Assembly (NCBI GenBank): GCA_963699755.1
Contig: CAVOVB010000008.1
Location: forward strand, 96,001-160,000
Length of the DNA: 64,000 nucleotides
Source: an uncultured delta proteobacterium
Lineage (GTDB): Bacteria; Myxococcota_A; Polyangia; Polyangiales; Houyiibacteriaceae
Direction: 5' to 3'
Shown here: positions 38,659 through 48,622 of the stretch, one piece after another
Layout of the letters: each line of letters opens with the position of its first letter
Numbering within the stretch: the first letter of the stretch is position 1
Program-made: the position numbers and the translations under genes
Notes under the pieces: model-generated
Seen by the model: only the letters and a program-made list of their open reading frames with translations
Told to the model about the DNA's origin: nothing
Database searches by the model: none

Positions 38659-39306
38659 TTACAGTGTGACGAAACCGGCGAGCACCGAAATCGGGAACGA
38701 CAGGTTCCCGATGGTGATCGCAGCCGAAATCGCGATGGCGGCATCGCGGCGGTATGGGTTGAAGCGAGGATGATTGGCGCCCAGGGTTTGCAGAGCGCTG
38801 AAGATGCCGTGGAAGATGTGAAAGCCGAGCGCGATGTTGCCCACCATGTACACGCCGGCGATCAGGGGGTTCCGAAAGCCCTCGACGACATTTCGGTACA
38901 CCTCGCCGGGGTGCGTGGGAAGGATCGTGAAGTGAAGAAGGTGGTACACGACGAAGAGCAGAAGGATGGGGCCAGACCAATACATCGTCCGCGCCGCGTA
39001 GTCTGTCGCGAGGTCCTGGTGCTTCTTGTACCGCGTGCCGCGCGCTTTGGAGTTGCGCTGCCAGAGGGAAATGGCCGCCCAGATGTGCACCCCGAAAGCG
39101 AATAGCAGAAGCAAGCGGGTCCCCCACAAAACCGGCGTCAGGCTCTTGAGCAGGTGGGCATAGCCGTCCAAGGCTTCCGGCCCGCGGTACAGGTTCAAAT
39201 TGCCCAGGAAGTGGCCGATCACGAAGCCGACGATGATGAGCCCGGAGAGGGCCATCATCACCTTCTTCCCGATGGTCGTTTGATGCAGCGTCAAGGCTCG
39301 TTGCAT
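38659..39306 (-). CDS. sdhC: Succinate dehydrogenase cytochrome b subunit (single anchor)
   Basis: IGKK.MMALSG, five TM helices with His ligands (GHF, VHI, YHL, FHIFHG); upstream of sdhA; GAGGAG SD. Confidence 0.92.
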   Translation of the reverse strand: MQRALTLHQTTIGKKVMMALSGLIIVGFVIGHFLGNLNLYRGPEALDGYAHLLKSLTPVLWGTRLLLLFAFGVHIWAAISLWQRNSKARGTRYKKHQDLATDYAARTMYWSGPILLLFVVYHLLHFTILPTHPGEVYRNVVEGFRNPLIAGVYMVGNIALGFHIFHGIFSALQTLGANHPRFNPYRRDAAIAISAAITIGNLSFPISVLAGFVTL

Positions 39307-39397
39307 GGATTCTCCTCAGTGCCCTGCGCGGTGGGCGGCCGATTCATACATCCACCTGCCGGGGCTGGCCATAGGCCGGTGAAAAAAAGCGTCCGTT

Positions 39398-40525
39398 TCA
39401 AGTGTCGGGGGGGTCGTAGTACTCGACGAAGTCTCCACGGAACGTTTCGAGCACGGTGACACCGTCGGCTTCACTCACCAGATAATTGGGCCCAAGCGGA
39501 ACTTTGCCCAAGCCCCCCGGTGTATCCACGATAAATTTCGGGAGCGCGATCCCACTCAGCCGCCCTTGGAGGGCTGCCATCAGCTGGACCCCGCGCCGCA
39601 AAACCGTCCGTAAGTGCCCAGTGCCGCCGACTGGATCCATTTGCAACAAATAGTAGGGTCGAACCCGCGAACGGACCAGGCCTCGAAACAGGGCTTCCAA
39701 GGTATCGGTTTCGTCGTTGACGCCACGGAGCAGGACCGTCTGGTTCATCACGGGCAGGCCAGCGTCGGCGAGGCGCGAGCAGGCGGTTCGGGCCTCATCC
39801 GTAAGCTCCTTCGGGTGGTTGAAATGGGTCATCACCCAGGTTCTCTCATGGCTTTCGCGGATGGCGCTGCAGAGCTCCTCAGTGATTCGCTGGGGGAGCG
39901 TGACCGGCGCACGAGTGGCCAGGCGCACGTAGTCGACGTGGTCGATCTCCCGAATCCGCCGCAGCAAGACTGCGATTCGCTCGGTGGACATCAGGCAGGG
40001 GTCGCCGCCTGAGATGATCACGTCGTGGATTGCGGGGTGGGCTTCGATCCAGGCCAATGCCGGCTCGAGTGCGGCCATCGATCGGGCTCCACCACCGTCC
40101 CCAACCAGCCTGGATCGCGTGCAGAAACGACAATACACCCCGCATCGGTCGGTAGCGACGAGCAGCACCCGATCTGGATAGCGCTGAATCAAGTGAGGAG
40201 CGATTTCATGGGCCTCCTCGCCCAGTGGATCTCGCAGGTCGCCCCGGACGGCGATCGCCTCCTCAGCCCGGGGGATGCACTGACGACGAATTGGGCACGT
40301 CGGGTCGGTTGGGTGACAGAGTGCAAGATAGTAGGGGGTGATCGAAATCGGCAGCCCGGCGGCGGTCGCGCGGCTGGCTCCGATTCGTTCCGCATCGGTC
40401 AAGGTCAGTGCCTTGTCGAGAGCCTGTAAATTCGTCACCGCATGTTGCGACTGCCAGCGCCAGTCGCCCCAATCGGCTTCCTCGGAACCGAAGGCTTCGC
40501 GAAAATTGAGCGGCAAGGGGCGCAC
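39398..40525 (-). CDS. KamA-family radical SAM protein (lysine 2,3-aminomutase/EpmB-like)
   Basis: DWRWQ, ITPYY, DPLGE, RYPDR, CGVYCRFC (CxxxCxxC), SGGDP, HFNHP, NQTVLL, PGGLGK; GTG start inferred. Confidence 0.92.
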   Translation of the reverse strand: MRPLPLNFREAFGSEEADWGDWRWQSQHAVTNLQALDKALTLTDAERIGASRATAAGLPISITPYYLALCHPTDPTCPIRRQCIPRAEEAIAVRGDLRDPLGEEAHEIAPHLIQRYPDRVLLVATDRCGVYCRFCTRSRLVGDGGGARSMAALEPALAWIEAHPAIHDVIISGGDPCLMSTERIAVLLRRIREIDHVDYVRLATRAPVTLPQRITEELCSAIRESHERTWVMTHFNHPKELTDEARTACSRLADAGLPVMNQTVLLRGVNDETDTLEALFRGLVRSRVRPYYLLQMDPVGGTGHLRTVLRRGVQLMAALQGRLSGIALPKFIVDTPGGLGKVPLGPNYLVSEADGVTVLETFRGDFVEYYDPPDT

Positions 40526-40666
40526 GTCATGCAGCTTACCGCCTGTCCTTCGGGCGGCAACTGCCTCTGCGTCTGGACACCGCGAAAAAACATTGTCATA
40601 TGCCCATCTCGGAGCTTGCCGACACGGCGTTTTGCTCCCAGTGGCCAAGGCGGAAACGGAGAGATT

Positions 40667-42427
40667 ATGGCGACCGCAGACCCCCGTCCCTTCGACGTCG
40701 AGTATATCGAGAATCCGAGCCAGGCTGAGTTGCGCGAGCTGGCCCTCGCGCACACTCCCTGCGTTCAGAAGACCGCCGTCGGCAGCATCAACAAGATCAC
40801 ACGCAACAAAGCGCGCATGGCCAAGTACACGTACATCATCGACACCCAAGATCGCTGGAGTCATCAGATCATCGATCCCGACAAGGCTCGTGGACTGATC
40901 GAGCGCCAGGCGAAGTACATCGCCGACAAGGGCCAGCTGATCGCCATCGACGGCTACTCGGGTCTCGGCGACGGCGCGTTTGGCACGACCTGGCTCTATA
41001 CGCTGGAAGGCGCGAACATCGCAGGCATGCAGCAGATCCTCGCGTTCCCGCGCGCCGACGTGGAGACCAAGGAGCAGCTCGCACGGCCGTTCAAGCCGAC
41101 GTTTCGTCTAATTTACACGCCGGACCTGATGCTCGATGATATGCCAGGCCGTCAAGCGATCATCGTCGACATGGAGAACTTCACGACCTACGTGATGGGC
41201 GCCGACTACTTTGGTGAGTCCAAGAAGGGCGTCCTTCGCATGCTCAATCACTACGTCTACCAGAAGGGCGGGCTGGTTCTTCACGCAGGCGCCAAGGCCG
41301 TCACGGCAACGAACGGCAAGAAGGTCACCATGACGATCATGGGTCTCTCGGGCACCGGAAAGACGACGACCACTTTCTCGAAGCAGGGCGACCTCACCGA
41401 GCCGATTCAAGACGACATGGTGGCGCTCTGGCCGCACGGCGCCCTCACGATCACCGAGAACGGATGCTTCGCCAAGACCGATGGCCTTTCCCTTGAGACC
41501 GAGCCTGTCCTATACGAGGCGACCATCGGTCCGGAAGCCTGGGTCGAAAACGTGTTCCTGGAGCCAGACGGCTCGTTCCACTTCACCAAGGGCGTGCTCT
41601 CCGTCGAGGAAGTCAGCCGGCTCCGCGACATCTTGGTTGCCACCGGCGCGAGCGCCGACAACGTCGAGAAGTACATTTCCGGTGAAGTGAAAATCGACGA
41701 AGTGGTCGACAGTCATGGCATTCCCGCCGACGGCTGGGATTTCGTTGTCTGGACCCAGAACGGCCGCTCGATCGTCCCGCTGAGCTCCATCCCCGATGCA
41801 GCAGACCTCGATCGCATCCCCGAGGTGAAGTCGATGGGTATCCTCAATCGCGATGAAGGGTACGACGCCGCGACGCCAGGCATCATCCGGTTCACCTCCC
41901 CCGAGCAGGCGGCTGGCTACTTCATGCTCGGCGAGACCTCCAAGACCAGCGCAGCGGGCAAGGAGCGCGGCAAGACGCGTTCGCCGTTCACTCAGCCCTT
42001 CTTCCCGGCGAAACACGGGCTTCAGGCCAAACGCTTTGCGGAGCTCGCAGCGACGATGCCGGGTGTCACCATGTGGCTCATGAACACCGGCTATATCGGG
42101 GGCGAAGCCAACGACGTCAAAGAGGGCAAGGCACTCAACATCAAGATCGGGCATTCGAGCGCGATGCTCGAGGCACTCTTGAGCCAGAAGATCAAGTGGA
42201 AGAAGGACCCCGACTTCGGCTACGAGGTCGTCGATGTTGACGCCCCGGAAAACGCCGATCTCGTCAAGAAGGTGCCACCTGAGATCCTCAACCCGCAGCG
42301 CTTTTACGACGCTCGTGGCCGGCACAGCGACTACGAGCAGTGGGTCAGCCATATGAAGGAAGCTCGCACCGAGTTCCTCAAGCAGTTCGATGTTGCGGAC
42401 AACATCATCGCGGCAATCGCGAACTGA
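40667..42427 (+). CDS. pckA: Phosphoenolpyruvate carboxykinase (ATP), divergent
   Basis: YFGESKKG, LHAG, GLSGTGKTT (P-loop), QDD, ENGCFAKT, ENV, NGR, NTG; GGAGAG SD. Confidence 0.85.
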   Translation: MATADPRPFDVEYIENPSQAELRELALAHTPCVQKTAVGSINKITRNKARMAKYTYIIDTQDRWSHQIIDPDKARGLIERQAKYIADKGQLIAIDGYSGLGDGAFGTTWLYTLEGANIAGMQQILAFPRADVETKEQLARPFKPTFRLIYTPDLMLDDMPGRQAIIVDMENFTTYVMGADYFGESKKGVLRMLNHYVYQKGGLVLHAGAKAVTATNGKKVTMTIMGLSGTGKTTTTFSKQGDLTEPIQDDMVALWPHGALTITENGCFAKTDGLSLETEPVLYEATIGPEAWVENVFLEPDGSFHFTKGVLSVEEVSRLRDILVATGASADNVEKYISGEVKIDEVVDSHGIPADGWDFVVWTQNGRSIVPLSSIPDAADLDRIPEVKSMGILNRDEGYDAATPGIIRFTSPEQAAGYFMLGETSKTSAAGKERGKTRSPFTQPFFPAKHGLQAKRFAELAATMPGVTMWLMNTGYIGGEANDVKEGKALNIKIGHSSAMLEALLSQKIKWKKDPDFGYEVVDVDAPENADLVKKVPPEILNPQRFYDARGRHSDYEQWVSHMKEARTEFLKQFDVADNIIAAIAN

Positions 42428-42487
42428 GGGCAACCAGCCTCGCAGGTTTTGCGCGGCGCTCGCTGAGTTGTGATAACAGACCTGGAC

Positions 42488-43018
42488 GTGAAGCGATTCG
42501 CGGCCATGTTGGTTCTACTCGGATCACTGCTCACGGTGGCCATCCTGGGGCTACCCCAGGTGGCTTCCGCCAATACGGACCTCGTCGTCTTGGACGGTGT
42601 CTTCGGTGGTACCGTCTCCAAGTTCGCCGGGCAGCGGAAATGGCAGCCGACACTTTGGCTCGACGGCTCCTATGGCGTCGCTGGGCCGCTCCACCTGGGC
42701 GGCTACTTCCAATGGATCGGCAGGTCCTGGCCCCTCGATAATCCTGGATTCGGCGGCGGCGGCATGATCGCGCTCCGCGGGAACATCAAGAACCTCCGAC
42801 TCTCTGGCGCGTTTACCGGGGGCTACCTCGGCGTCCCGCTGCCGACCTACGTCGACGGCTCCGGCACGATCGGTGCCTTTGCGGGACTGGGCTACGGCTT
42901 CCTCTCCTGGATGGGCTTCGAAGCGCGGGGTCGCTGGGCGCGCTACTTCAAGCTGCCGCCCGGCGCCCCGAATCACGCCTGGAGCATCGAGGCCGGCTTC
43001 AGCTTCTTCATCAACTGA
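42488..43018 (+). CDS. Small outer-membrane beta-barrel protein (hypothetical)
   Basis: Signal peptide (VASA), alternating aromatic/Gly strands, terminal strand EAGFSFF. Confidence 0.6.
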   Translation: MKRFAAMLVLLGSLLTVAILGLPQVASANTDLVVLDGVFGGTVSKFAGQRKWQPTLWLDGSYGVAGPLHLGGYFQWIGRSWPLDNPGFGGGGMIALRGNIKNLRLSGAFTGGYLGVPLPTYVDGSGTIGAFAGLGYGFLSWMGFEARGRWARYFKLPPGAPNHAWSIEAGFSFFIN

Positions 43019-43031
43019 GGACTCCGCGCCG

Positions 43032-43874
43032 CTATCGACGCTCGAGGTTCTCGACTGCATGCCGTGCGCGCTGAGCCGCCTCGGGGTCGCCCTGCTCGAC
43101 CGCTTTGATGTACCGCTCGAAGGTCGCGATGGCCGTCTCCGTCTGACCGACACGTTCATAGCAGGATGCCAGGTCGAACAAGAGGTCTGCCGGACCACCG
43201 TCGCCTAGCTCGAGCGCCTTGATGTAGATCGGGATTGCTTCTTTGTATCGTTTGGCGCCGCGGTACGCGATCGCCAGGTTGCGCGCGACCTCCGCATCGT
43301 AGGGGTCGATCGCAACGGCCGGCTCGAGGGCTTTGATCGCCTCCTCGTAGCGTCGCGCCTTACGAAGCGCCACGCCGAGGTTGTTGAGGAGCAGCGGGTC
43401 GTTTGGGATCACCTTCAATGCTCGTTGGTAGGTTGCAATCGCTGCGCCGTTGTCGTTCGATTTGCGGTACGCCACACCAAGATTGAGCCAATGGTTGCTG
43501 TCCTTCGGATCGAGCTCGGTGGCCTTCGTCAGGTACTTCACAGCCTCTTTGGGGCGGTCGAGTCGCAAGAGCGTCGCGCCGGCGAGCCCGCGGGCCCTGC
43601 CATCCTTCGGCGCGAGAGCCACCGCACGCTTAAACGACCCCAGGGCTTCTTCGTAGCGCCCAAGGCGGCGTAGGATCGAGCCGCGGGTGAGCTGCCCCTC
43701 TGCGGAGCTTGGCCGAGCCGCGACTGCGAGGTCGATCTCGGCGAGCGCCTCCTCATATCGACCTTCTGCTCGGAGCGTTTTCGCGAGTTGATAGTGAGCA
43801 TCCGCGGCATCGGCAAGCGCCGCGGGCGTCATGAGCCACAGCACGCACCCCACAATCGCCCCCATCCACTTCAC
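43032..43874 (-). CDS. Exported tetratricopeptide-repeat protein
   Basis: Signal peptide, then ~7 TPRs (e.g. WLNLGVAY..AIATYQRAL..PN); start 43874 (GTG) or 43865. Confidence 0.88.
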   Translation of the reverse strand: MKWMGAIVGCVLWLMTPAALADAADAHYQLAKTLRAEGRYEEALAEIDLAVAARPSSAEGQLTRGSILRRLGRYEEALGSFKRAVALAPKDGRARGLAGATLLRLDRPKEAVKYLTKATELDPKDSNHWLNLGVAYRKSNDNGAAIATYQRALKVIPNDPLLLNNLGVALRKARRYEEAIKALEPAVAIDPYDAEVARNLAIAYRGAKRYKEAIPIYIKALELGDGGPADLLFDLASCYERVGQTETAIATFERYIKAVEQGDPEAAQRARHAVENLERR

Positions 43875-43900
43875 CCGCTCAGAGTACCACGAGATGGCAG

Positions 43901-44593
43901 CTAGATGCCCGTGTACAAGAGCCCGATCGCCGTCCGAAAAACCGGCGGCATCAAGCGATCGAACAGCACCCAGGCGATGATCAGGCTCATCAGCGCGCCG
44001 CCACCCGAGAACAAGCCGAACCACTTCTCGCGCATTCGGTCGCTCAGGACGAGGGGAACGATCGCGTATCCGTCGAGAGGGGGCAGGGGGATCAAATTGA
44101 AGCATCCAAGAATCAGATTGATCGAAAAAAGCACGCTTACGAAGAGCGCGAGCCCCTGCGCGATACCAGCGGGCGCGACGACGAGGGTTTCGAGGCTCAG
44201 GCCAGTGGCCGGCAGCGTGAAGTAGCCACTCGCCACGCCAAGGCGCATCGCCAGCGCCGCGAGCAAGGCTAGCGCGAAGTTGGAGGCTGGACCGGCCGCA
44301 GCCATGACGGCAGCGCGTCTCGGGTACCTGTTCGCCCAGGTCGGGTCGTACGGCGCGCTTGCCCAACCGATCATCCAGCCTCCGCCTTGTAGAAAGAAGG
44401 ACAAGATCGGGACCACGAGCGTGCCGAAGGGCTCTCGGCGGATGTGGGGCAAGGGGTCGAGCGTCACCTGGGCGGCTGCGGTAGAATCGCCCCCGAACTT
44501 ACCGACTAGGGCATGCGCCGCTTCGTGACAGGTCAGCGATAGCAGGAACGCCGCGAGCCAAAGGGGGAGCTTGGCGAGAAGGTGAAGGTCCAT
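43901..44593 (-). CDS. Site-2 protease family (M50) intramembrane metalloprotease
   Basis: HEAAH, AAAGPASN, FNLIPLPPLDG. Confidence 0.93.
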   Translation of the reverse strand: MDLHLLAKLPLWLAAFLLSLTCHEAAHALVGKFGGDSTAAAQVTLDPLPHIRREPFGTLVVPILSFFLQGGGWMIGWASAPYDPTWANRYPRRAAVMAAAGPASNFALALLAALAMRLGVASGYFTLPATGLSLETLVVAPAGIAQGLALFVSVLFSINLILGCFNLIPLPPLDGYAIVPLVLSDRMREKWFGLFSGGGALMSLIIAWVLFDRLMPPVFRTAIGLLYTGI

Positions 44594-44642
44594 CGGTCGG
44601 GCTCAGCCTACTATGAAAACCCGGGCCTGCTACATTCGCTCC

Positions 44643-45353
44643 ATGCAACCCATCATCGCCTTGTTCGACATCGACGGGACGCTCCTGAGTGCTGGCGGTG
44701 CGGGGCGGCGCGCGGTCGAGCTCGCGCTGAGCGAAGTTGTGGTCGCGCTTGAAGATGAAGTGAGTCTCGCGTCGGTCGAGTTCGCGGGGCGTACCGACCC
44801 CTGGATCGTGCGTACGGCGCTCATGCAGCACGGCATAGCTGCCGATGACGCATTGATCGATCATGTGCTCGATCGCTATGTCGCGTATTTGCCGCGCGAG
44901 CTCGAGCTCGCCAGCGCGTTCGAGGTTCTGCCTGGCGTCGTCTCGTTGCTTTCGGAGCTGAGCCAGCGCGACGATGTGGCCATCGGCCTCGGGACGGGGA
45001 ACACCGAGCCCGCGGCGTATGCGAAGCTCGCGCGCGGAGGTCTCGACTCGTTTTTCGCCTTCGGAGGATTCGGGTCCGACCATAGCGACCGGGCTGAGCT
45101 CCTACAGGCCGCGCTCGACAGGGGGCTCGAGCGGACTGGCGCGCGAGCGGAAAGTGCCCGGGTCGTCGTGATCGGAGACACCCCGCACGATGTGGCGGCG
45201 GCACGAGCGATCGGGGCGCGTTGCATCGCAGTGAGCACAGGCAGCTACGACGCAGCCGCTCTGAGGGCCTCGGGTGCGAACACGGTGGTATCGGACCTCA
45301 GTGCCCCCGAAGTCCGCACCGTGTTCGACATGTCCTGGGTCGAATGCGTGTAA
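44643..45353 (+). CDS. HAD-superfamily hydrolase
   Basis: FDIDGTL (motif I), TGN (II), K (III), GDTPHD (IV). Confidence 0.92.
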   Translation: MQPIIALFDIDGTLLSAGGAGRRAVELALSEVVVALEDEVSLASVEFAGRTDPWIVRTALMQHGIAADDALIDHVLDRYVAYLPRELELASAFEVLPGVVSLLSELSQRDDVAIGLGTGNTEPAAYAKLARGGLDSFFAFGGFGSDHSDRAELLQAALDRGLERTGARAESARVVVIGDTPHDVAAARAIGARCIAVSTGSYDAAALRASGANTVVSDLSAPEVRTVFDMSWVECV

Positions 45354-45383
45354 CGATTTGCCGACACGTGCAATACTCCCACG

Positions 45384-46268
45384 GTGAACGCGCAATCGAA
45401 GGCTTGGTACGGGCGCTGGTGGGCGGTCGCGCTGCTGATCATTCTCATCATTGCAGCGACGGGCCTGGTCACCGTCAAAGCGCTCGGCATGCGCTCGATT
45501 CGAGTGGATGCAAAGCCATTCGAGCAGACCGGGAATGGCTTCGACTACGGCTGGTGGGACGCGGCGCTCGGCAGATGGGTGCGTGCAGAAGGCATCGACT
45601 ACGATGCGGTCCAAGCGGACGAACCTGACTTGCGTCGTTTCGTTGCGACGCTGGGGGCAATGGGTCCGAGGTCAACCCCGGAGCGCTTCGCGACGGAACC
45701 CGAGCGCCTCAGCTACTACATCAACGCCTACAACGCACTGGTCCTCTTTGCGGTCGTGGATAACTGGCCGATCGACACGGTGCAGGACGTCCGTGGATGG
45801 CTCAACCCAAGGGCGGGCTTCGGATTCTTCTACGGTCTCCGATTGCCACTCGACGGAGGAGAGACCAACCTCTACGAACTCGAGAACGAGCTGATTCGCG
45901 GCTTCCTCGACGCACGGATCCACGCCGCCATCAACTGCGCATCAAGATCCTGTCCCTCTCTCATGCCCTGGGCTTTCGTCCCCACCCAGCTCGATGCGCA
46001 GCTAGACGAGGTGACCCGGGGTTTTTGTTCGAGCCCTGCCCACGTTCGGGTCGACGTCGCGGCCGAGGAGATCCAGCTCTCGGCGATCTTCGATTGGTAC
46101 AAGCCCGACTTCGAGGAGCACGCGCGGCGCCTGGGCCGCCCGGCCACGATTTTGGACTTCATCCTGGCCTATGCCACGCCTGAGGCGGCCGCTGAGCTCG
46201 AACGGGCCCGCTCAGCCGAATTTGAGGTGGTTTTCCGGCACTATGACTGGGCGCTCAATCGTCTTTGA
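45384..46268 (+). CDS. DUF547 domain-containing exported protein
   Basis: YINAYNA, RIHAAINCASRSCP, LSAIFDWY..DF, YDWALN; N-terminal TM. Confidence 0.88.
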   Translation: MNAQSKAWYGRWWAVALLIILIIAATGLVTVKALGMRSIRVDAKPFEQTGNGFDYGWWDAALGRWVRAEGIDYDAVQADEPDLRRFVATLGAMGPRSTPERFATEPERLSYYINAYNALVLFAVVDNWPIDTVQDVRGWLNPRAGFGFFYGLRLPLDGGETNLYELENELIRGFLDARIHAAINCASRSCPSLMPWAFVPTQLDAQLDEVTRGFCSSPAHVRVDVAAEEIQLSAIFDWYKPDFEEHARRLGRPATILDFILAYATPEAAAELERARSAEFEVVFRHYDWALNRL

Positions 46269-46363
46269 GTGCGCTGGCTTACACAAAAATACTGCACCGC
46301 TCGACGAGAAGTGCCATAGGCTAGTAAGCTTTGATGGATGATTCGGGGGGATCAGGGAGCGGG

Positions 46364-46807
46364 ATGAAACGCCCTGCTTCAGTAGTACTTGCGCTGGCGT
46401 TGGTCCTGGTCGTTGCTGGCTGTCCGGGGAGCCTCGACAACCCCGAAGCCTTCATCGACGGCGGAACTCCGCCCAAAGACGCCGACACGGTGTTTGAGGA
46501 GAGCTGCGCGACTCTGGGTTGCCACGACGATATGACGGAGGCGTCCGGGCTCAATCTGCTCCCGCCTGGCGTCGCAGATCGCGTCGTAGACCAGGATGCG
46601 GAGGGGCTGGGATGCGAAAGCAGGAAGCTGGTCATAGCCGGGGATCCAGACAGCAGCTACCTGCTCGACAAGGTCCTCGGCAGAGCTGGCATTTGTGGTT
46701 CTCGGATGCCGCCACTGAGCATGCTCTCGGATAGCGACACCGAGGTTCTGCGCCAATGGATCATCGATTTGGGCGGTTCCGCTGGGGGAACCCCAGACGG
46801 GGGATAG
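46364..46807 (+). CDS. Lipoprotein with a single cytochrome c-like domain (CX4CH)
   Basis: Lipobox VAGC; CATLGCH; GLNL; V.AGDPDSSYL; RMP; LRQWI, the layout of planctomycete-type cytochrome c domains. Confidence 0.7.
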   Translation: MKRPASVVLALALVLVVAGCPGSLDNPEAFIDGGTPPKDADTVFEESCATLGCHDDMTEASGLNLLPPGVADRVVDQDAEGLGCESRKLVIAGDPDSSYLLDKVLGRAGICGSRMPPLSMLSDSDTEVLRQWIIDLGGSAGGTPDGG

Positions 46808-46810
46808 TCG

Positions 46811-48571
46811 ATGCGAATCTTGCGCCTCGGCGCGCTGACATTACTGCTCAGTTTGTTTTCCTTTGGAGGTGTGGCCCTTGCCGAGGACAGCTCGGTCGCG
46901 TTGCTACCGTTCCAAGGCTCGCAATCCGCCAAGGTCCGTGAGAGCGTACAGAAGGGTTTGAGCGCGGCAGAGGTCGAGCTGGTTTCACTCCAGCGAGTCA
47001 GCGCCGTCGTGAAGAAGACCAAGGGATACGCGAAGCAGGCGGCCGCGCTCGAGGCAAGTGCGCTGGTCCGATCTCGGGTCCGGCGTATCGAAGGCCGTTG
47101 GATTGCTGACACCGAGATTCGCAACGAGAAAGGGAAGCTGGTCGAGAAGTTTCGAAACACCTCTTCGTCCATCACACGCCTCTCCAATCGAATCGTTGCA
47201 CAACTGCTCAAGACGGGGCGAATGCCCCAGGGCGCAGGAGCCGAAGCGGTGGCCGTGGCTCCGAAGTCCGAACCCGAAATGCCCGCGCCGACCCTGCCAC
47301 GCCTGGTCGTCCGACCCTTCTCGGGCATCCAAGCGGGAAAGATCCGGGCAGGAGCCGTGCGCGGTCTCCGCTCTGAAGCCGTGGAGCTATTTCCGAACAA
47401 CGCGTTCGTGGCCAAGGCGAAGAGCCTAGGTGTCGATCTGGGATCCGACGAAGGGCACGTCGCGCCAGCTTCCGCACTGGCGGTAAGTGGGCTCATCGAG
47501 GGTGACGTCTTGCGCGAGGATGGCGTCTGGTCTGCATACGTTCGCTTGGTCGATGGCGATAGCGCGGAGGTGATCAGTCAACACTTCTACGACGCTAGTA
47601 CTTCGACGGCGCTCGCGAAGTCCGTGCAGACGAATATCGGTTCCGACTTCCGCAGAGACATCAGGAAGCTCGGTGTCGGCCTCCCAGGTGCGGCCGTTGC
47701 TGCGCCCATCGCCGCGGCGGCTCCGGCTCAGGCCGAGAAGAGCTCGGCGAAGACCGAGGAGAAGGCCGAGCCGAAATCCAAGACCAAAACCAAGACCAAG
47801 ACCAAGCGCGCGCGCGGAGACCGACCGACCGCCGTGGACATCGAGCTCGACTTCCGCGTGGTGCATCGAACCTTTCAATACAATGATGTCCTGATCGACG
47901 ATCCTCGCGGTGAGTTGCGGGACTACACGCTCAACGCAGGTCCTGGCGTCGGCATCAAGTTCCAGTACTTCCCGGGCGCGCACTTCACGGCCGGGGCAGG
48001 AGCACAGTTCGGAATCGACTTCGAATGGGAGCGCTTGATCGGAATCGACTCGACTCGCGCCGATGGCCAGACGTTTCCCACGGAGGCACAGCAGTTCCTC
48101 ATCGGCCTTCGCTGGAGATACCCGAAGGGGCGCTGGGAGCCCTCGCTCGTCCTCGACTACGGCGTGCAGCGCTTCAGCTTCGGATTGTCGGGCCCGCCGG
48201 TGCCAAATGAAGACAACACAGCGGGCATCCCCAGCGTGAAGTACGAGTTCGTTCGGCTCGGCGGCGGGTTTCGGGTGGCTATCGGGAAGAAAGAGCTTTT
48301 CATCTTGGCCACGAACATCGCCTTTCGCGGGGTCTTCTCCGTCGGGCCAATCGGCACGAGCCTCTGGTTCCCGGAGGCCAGGGCCAACGGCATGGACGCG
48401 ATGCTGATGATCGGCTTCGCGCTTCCAAAGGGCTTCGAAATCCGGCTCAGCGGCGACTATCGGCGCTACGGCTTCGATTTGAACCCTGTGCCGGGGACTG
48501 CGCCCTACGTTGCCGGAGGAGCGCTCGACCAGTATTTTGGTGGCGCAGTCGGCGTGGCGTGGCGCCGATAG
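46811..48571 (+). CDS. Exported protein: two repeated alpha/beta domains + linker + C-terminal outer-membrane beta-barrel
   Basis: Signal peptide (ALA|E); VALLPFQG / LVVRPFSG duplicated starts; amphipathic strands ending VGVAWRR. Confidence 0.65.
   Translation: MRILRLGALTLLLSLFSFGGVALAEDSSVALLPFQGSQSAKVRESVQKGLSAAEVELVSLQRVSAVVKKTKGYAKQAAALEASALVRSRVRRIEGRWIADTEIRNEKGKLVEKFRNTSSSITRLSNRIVAQLLKTGRMPQGAGAEAVAVAPKSEPEMPAPTLPRLVVRPFSGIQAGKIRAGAVRGLRSEAVELFPNNAFVAKAKSLGVDLGSDEGHVAPASALAVSGLIEGDVLREDGVWSAYVRLVDGDSAEVISQHFYDASTSTALAKSVQTNIGSDFRRDIRKLGVGLPGAAVAAPIAAAAPAQAEKSSAKTEEKAEPKSKTKTKTKTKRARGDRPTAVDIELDFRVVHRTFQYNDVLIDDPRGELRDYTLNAGPGVGIKFQYFPGAHFTAGAGAQFGIDFEWERLIGIDSTRADGQTFPTEAQQFLIGLRWRYPKGRWEPSLVLDYGVQRFSFGLSGPPVPNEDNTAGIPSVKYEFVRLGGGFRVAIGKKELFILATNIAFRGVFSVGPIGTSLWFPEARANGMDAMLMIGFALPKGFEIRLSGDYRRYGFDLNPVPGTAPYVAGGALDQYFGGAVGVAWRR
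47780..47806 (+). repeat. In-frame hexamer repeat AAGACC (KTKTKTKTK linker)
   Basis: AAGACC AAAACC AAGACC AAGACC AAG. Confidence 0.8.
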
Positions 48572-48622
48572 CGGCCCGTGCATGAAGTTCCCCAGCTAGG
48601 ATTTGCGGGCTAGGATGAGGCC

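Noticed and set aside
38651..39127. Long N-terminal extension of the 802-aa sdhA ORF
   Set aside because: Overlaps sdhC in another frame; SdhA-like sequence begins at the ATG at 38650. Similar over-long starts were trimmed for murE, murD, murG, kamA, pckA, TPR, MYXO-CTERM and NlpC/P60 ORFs
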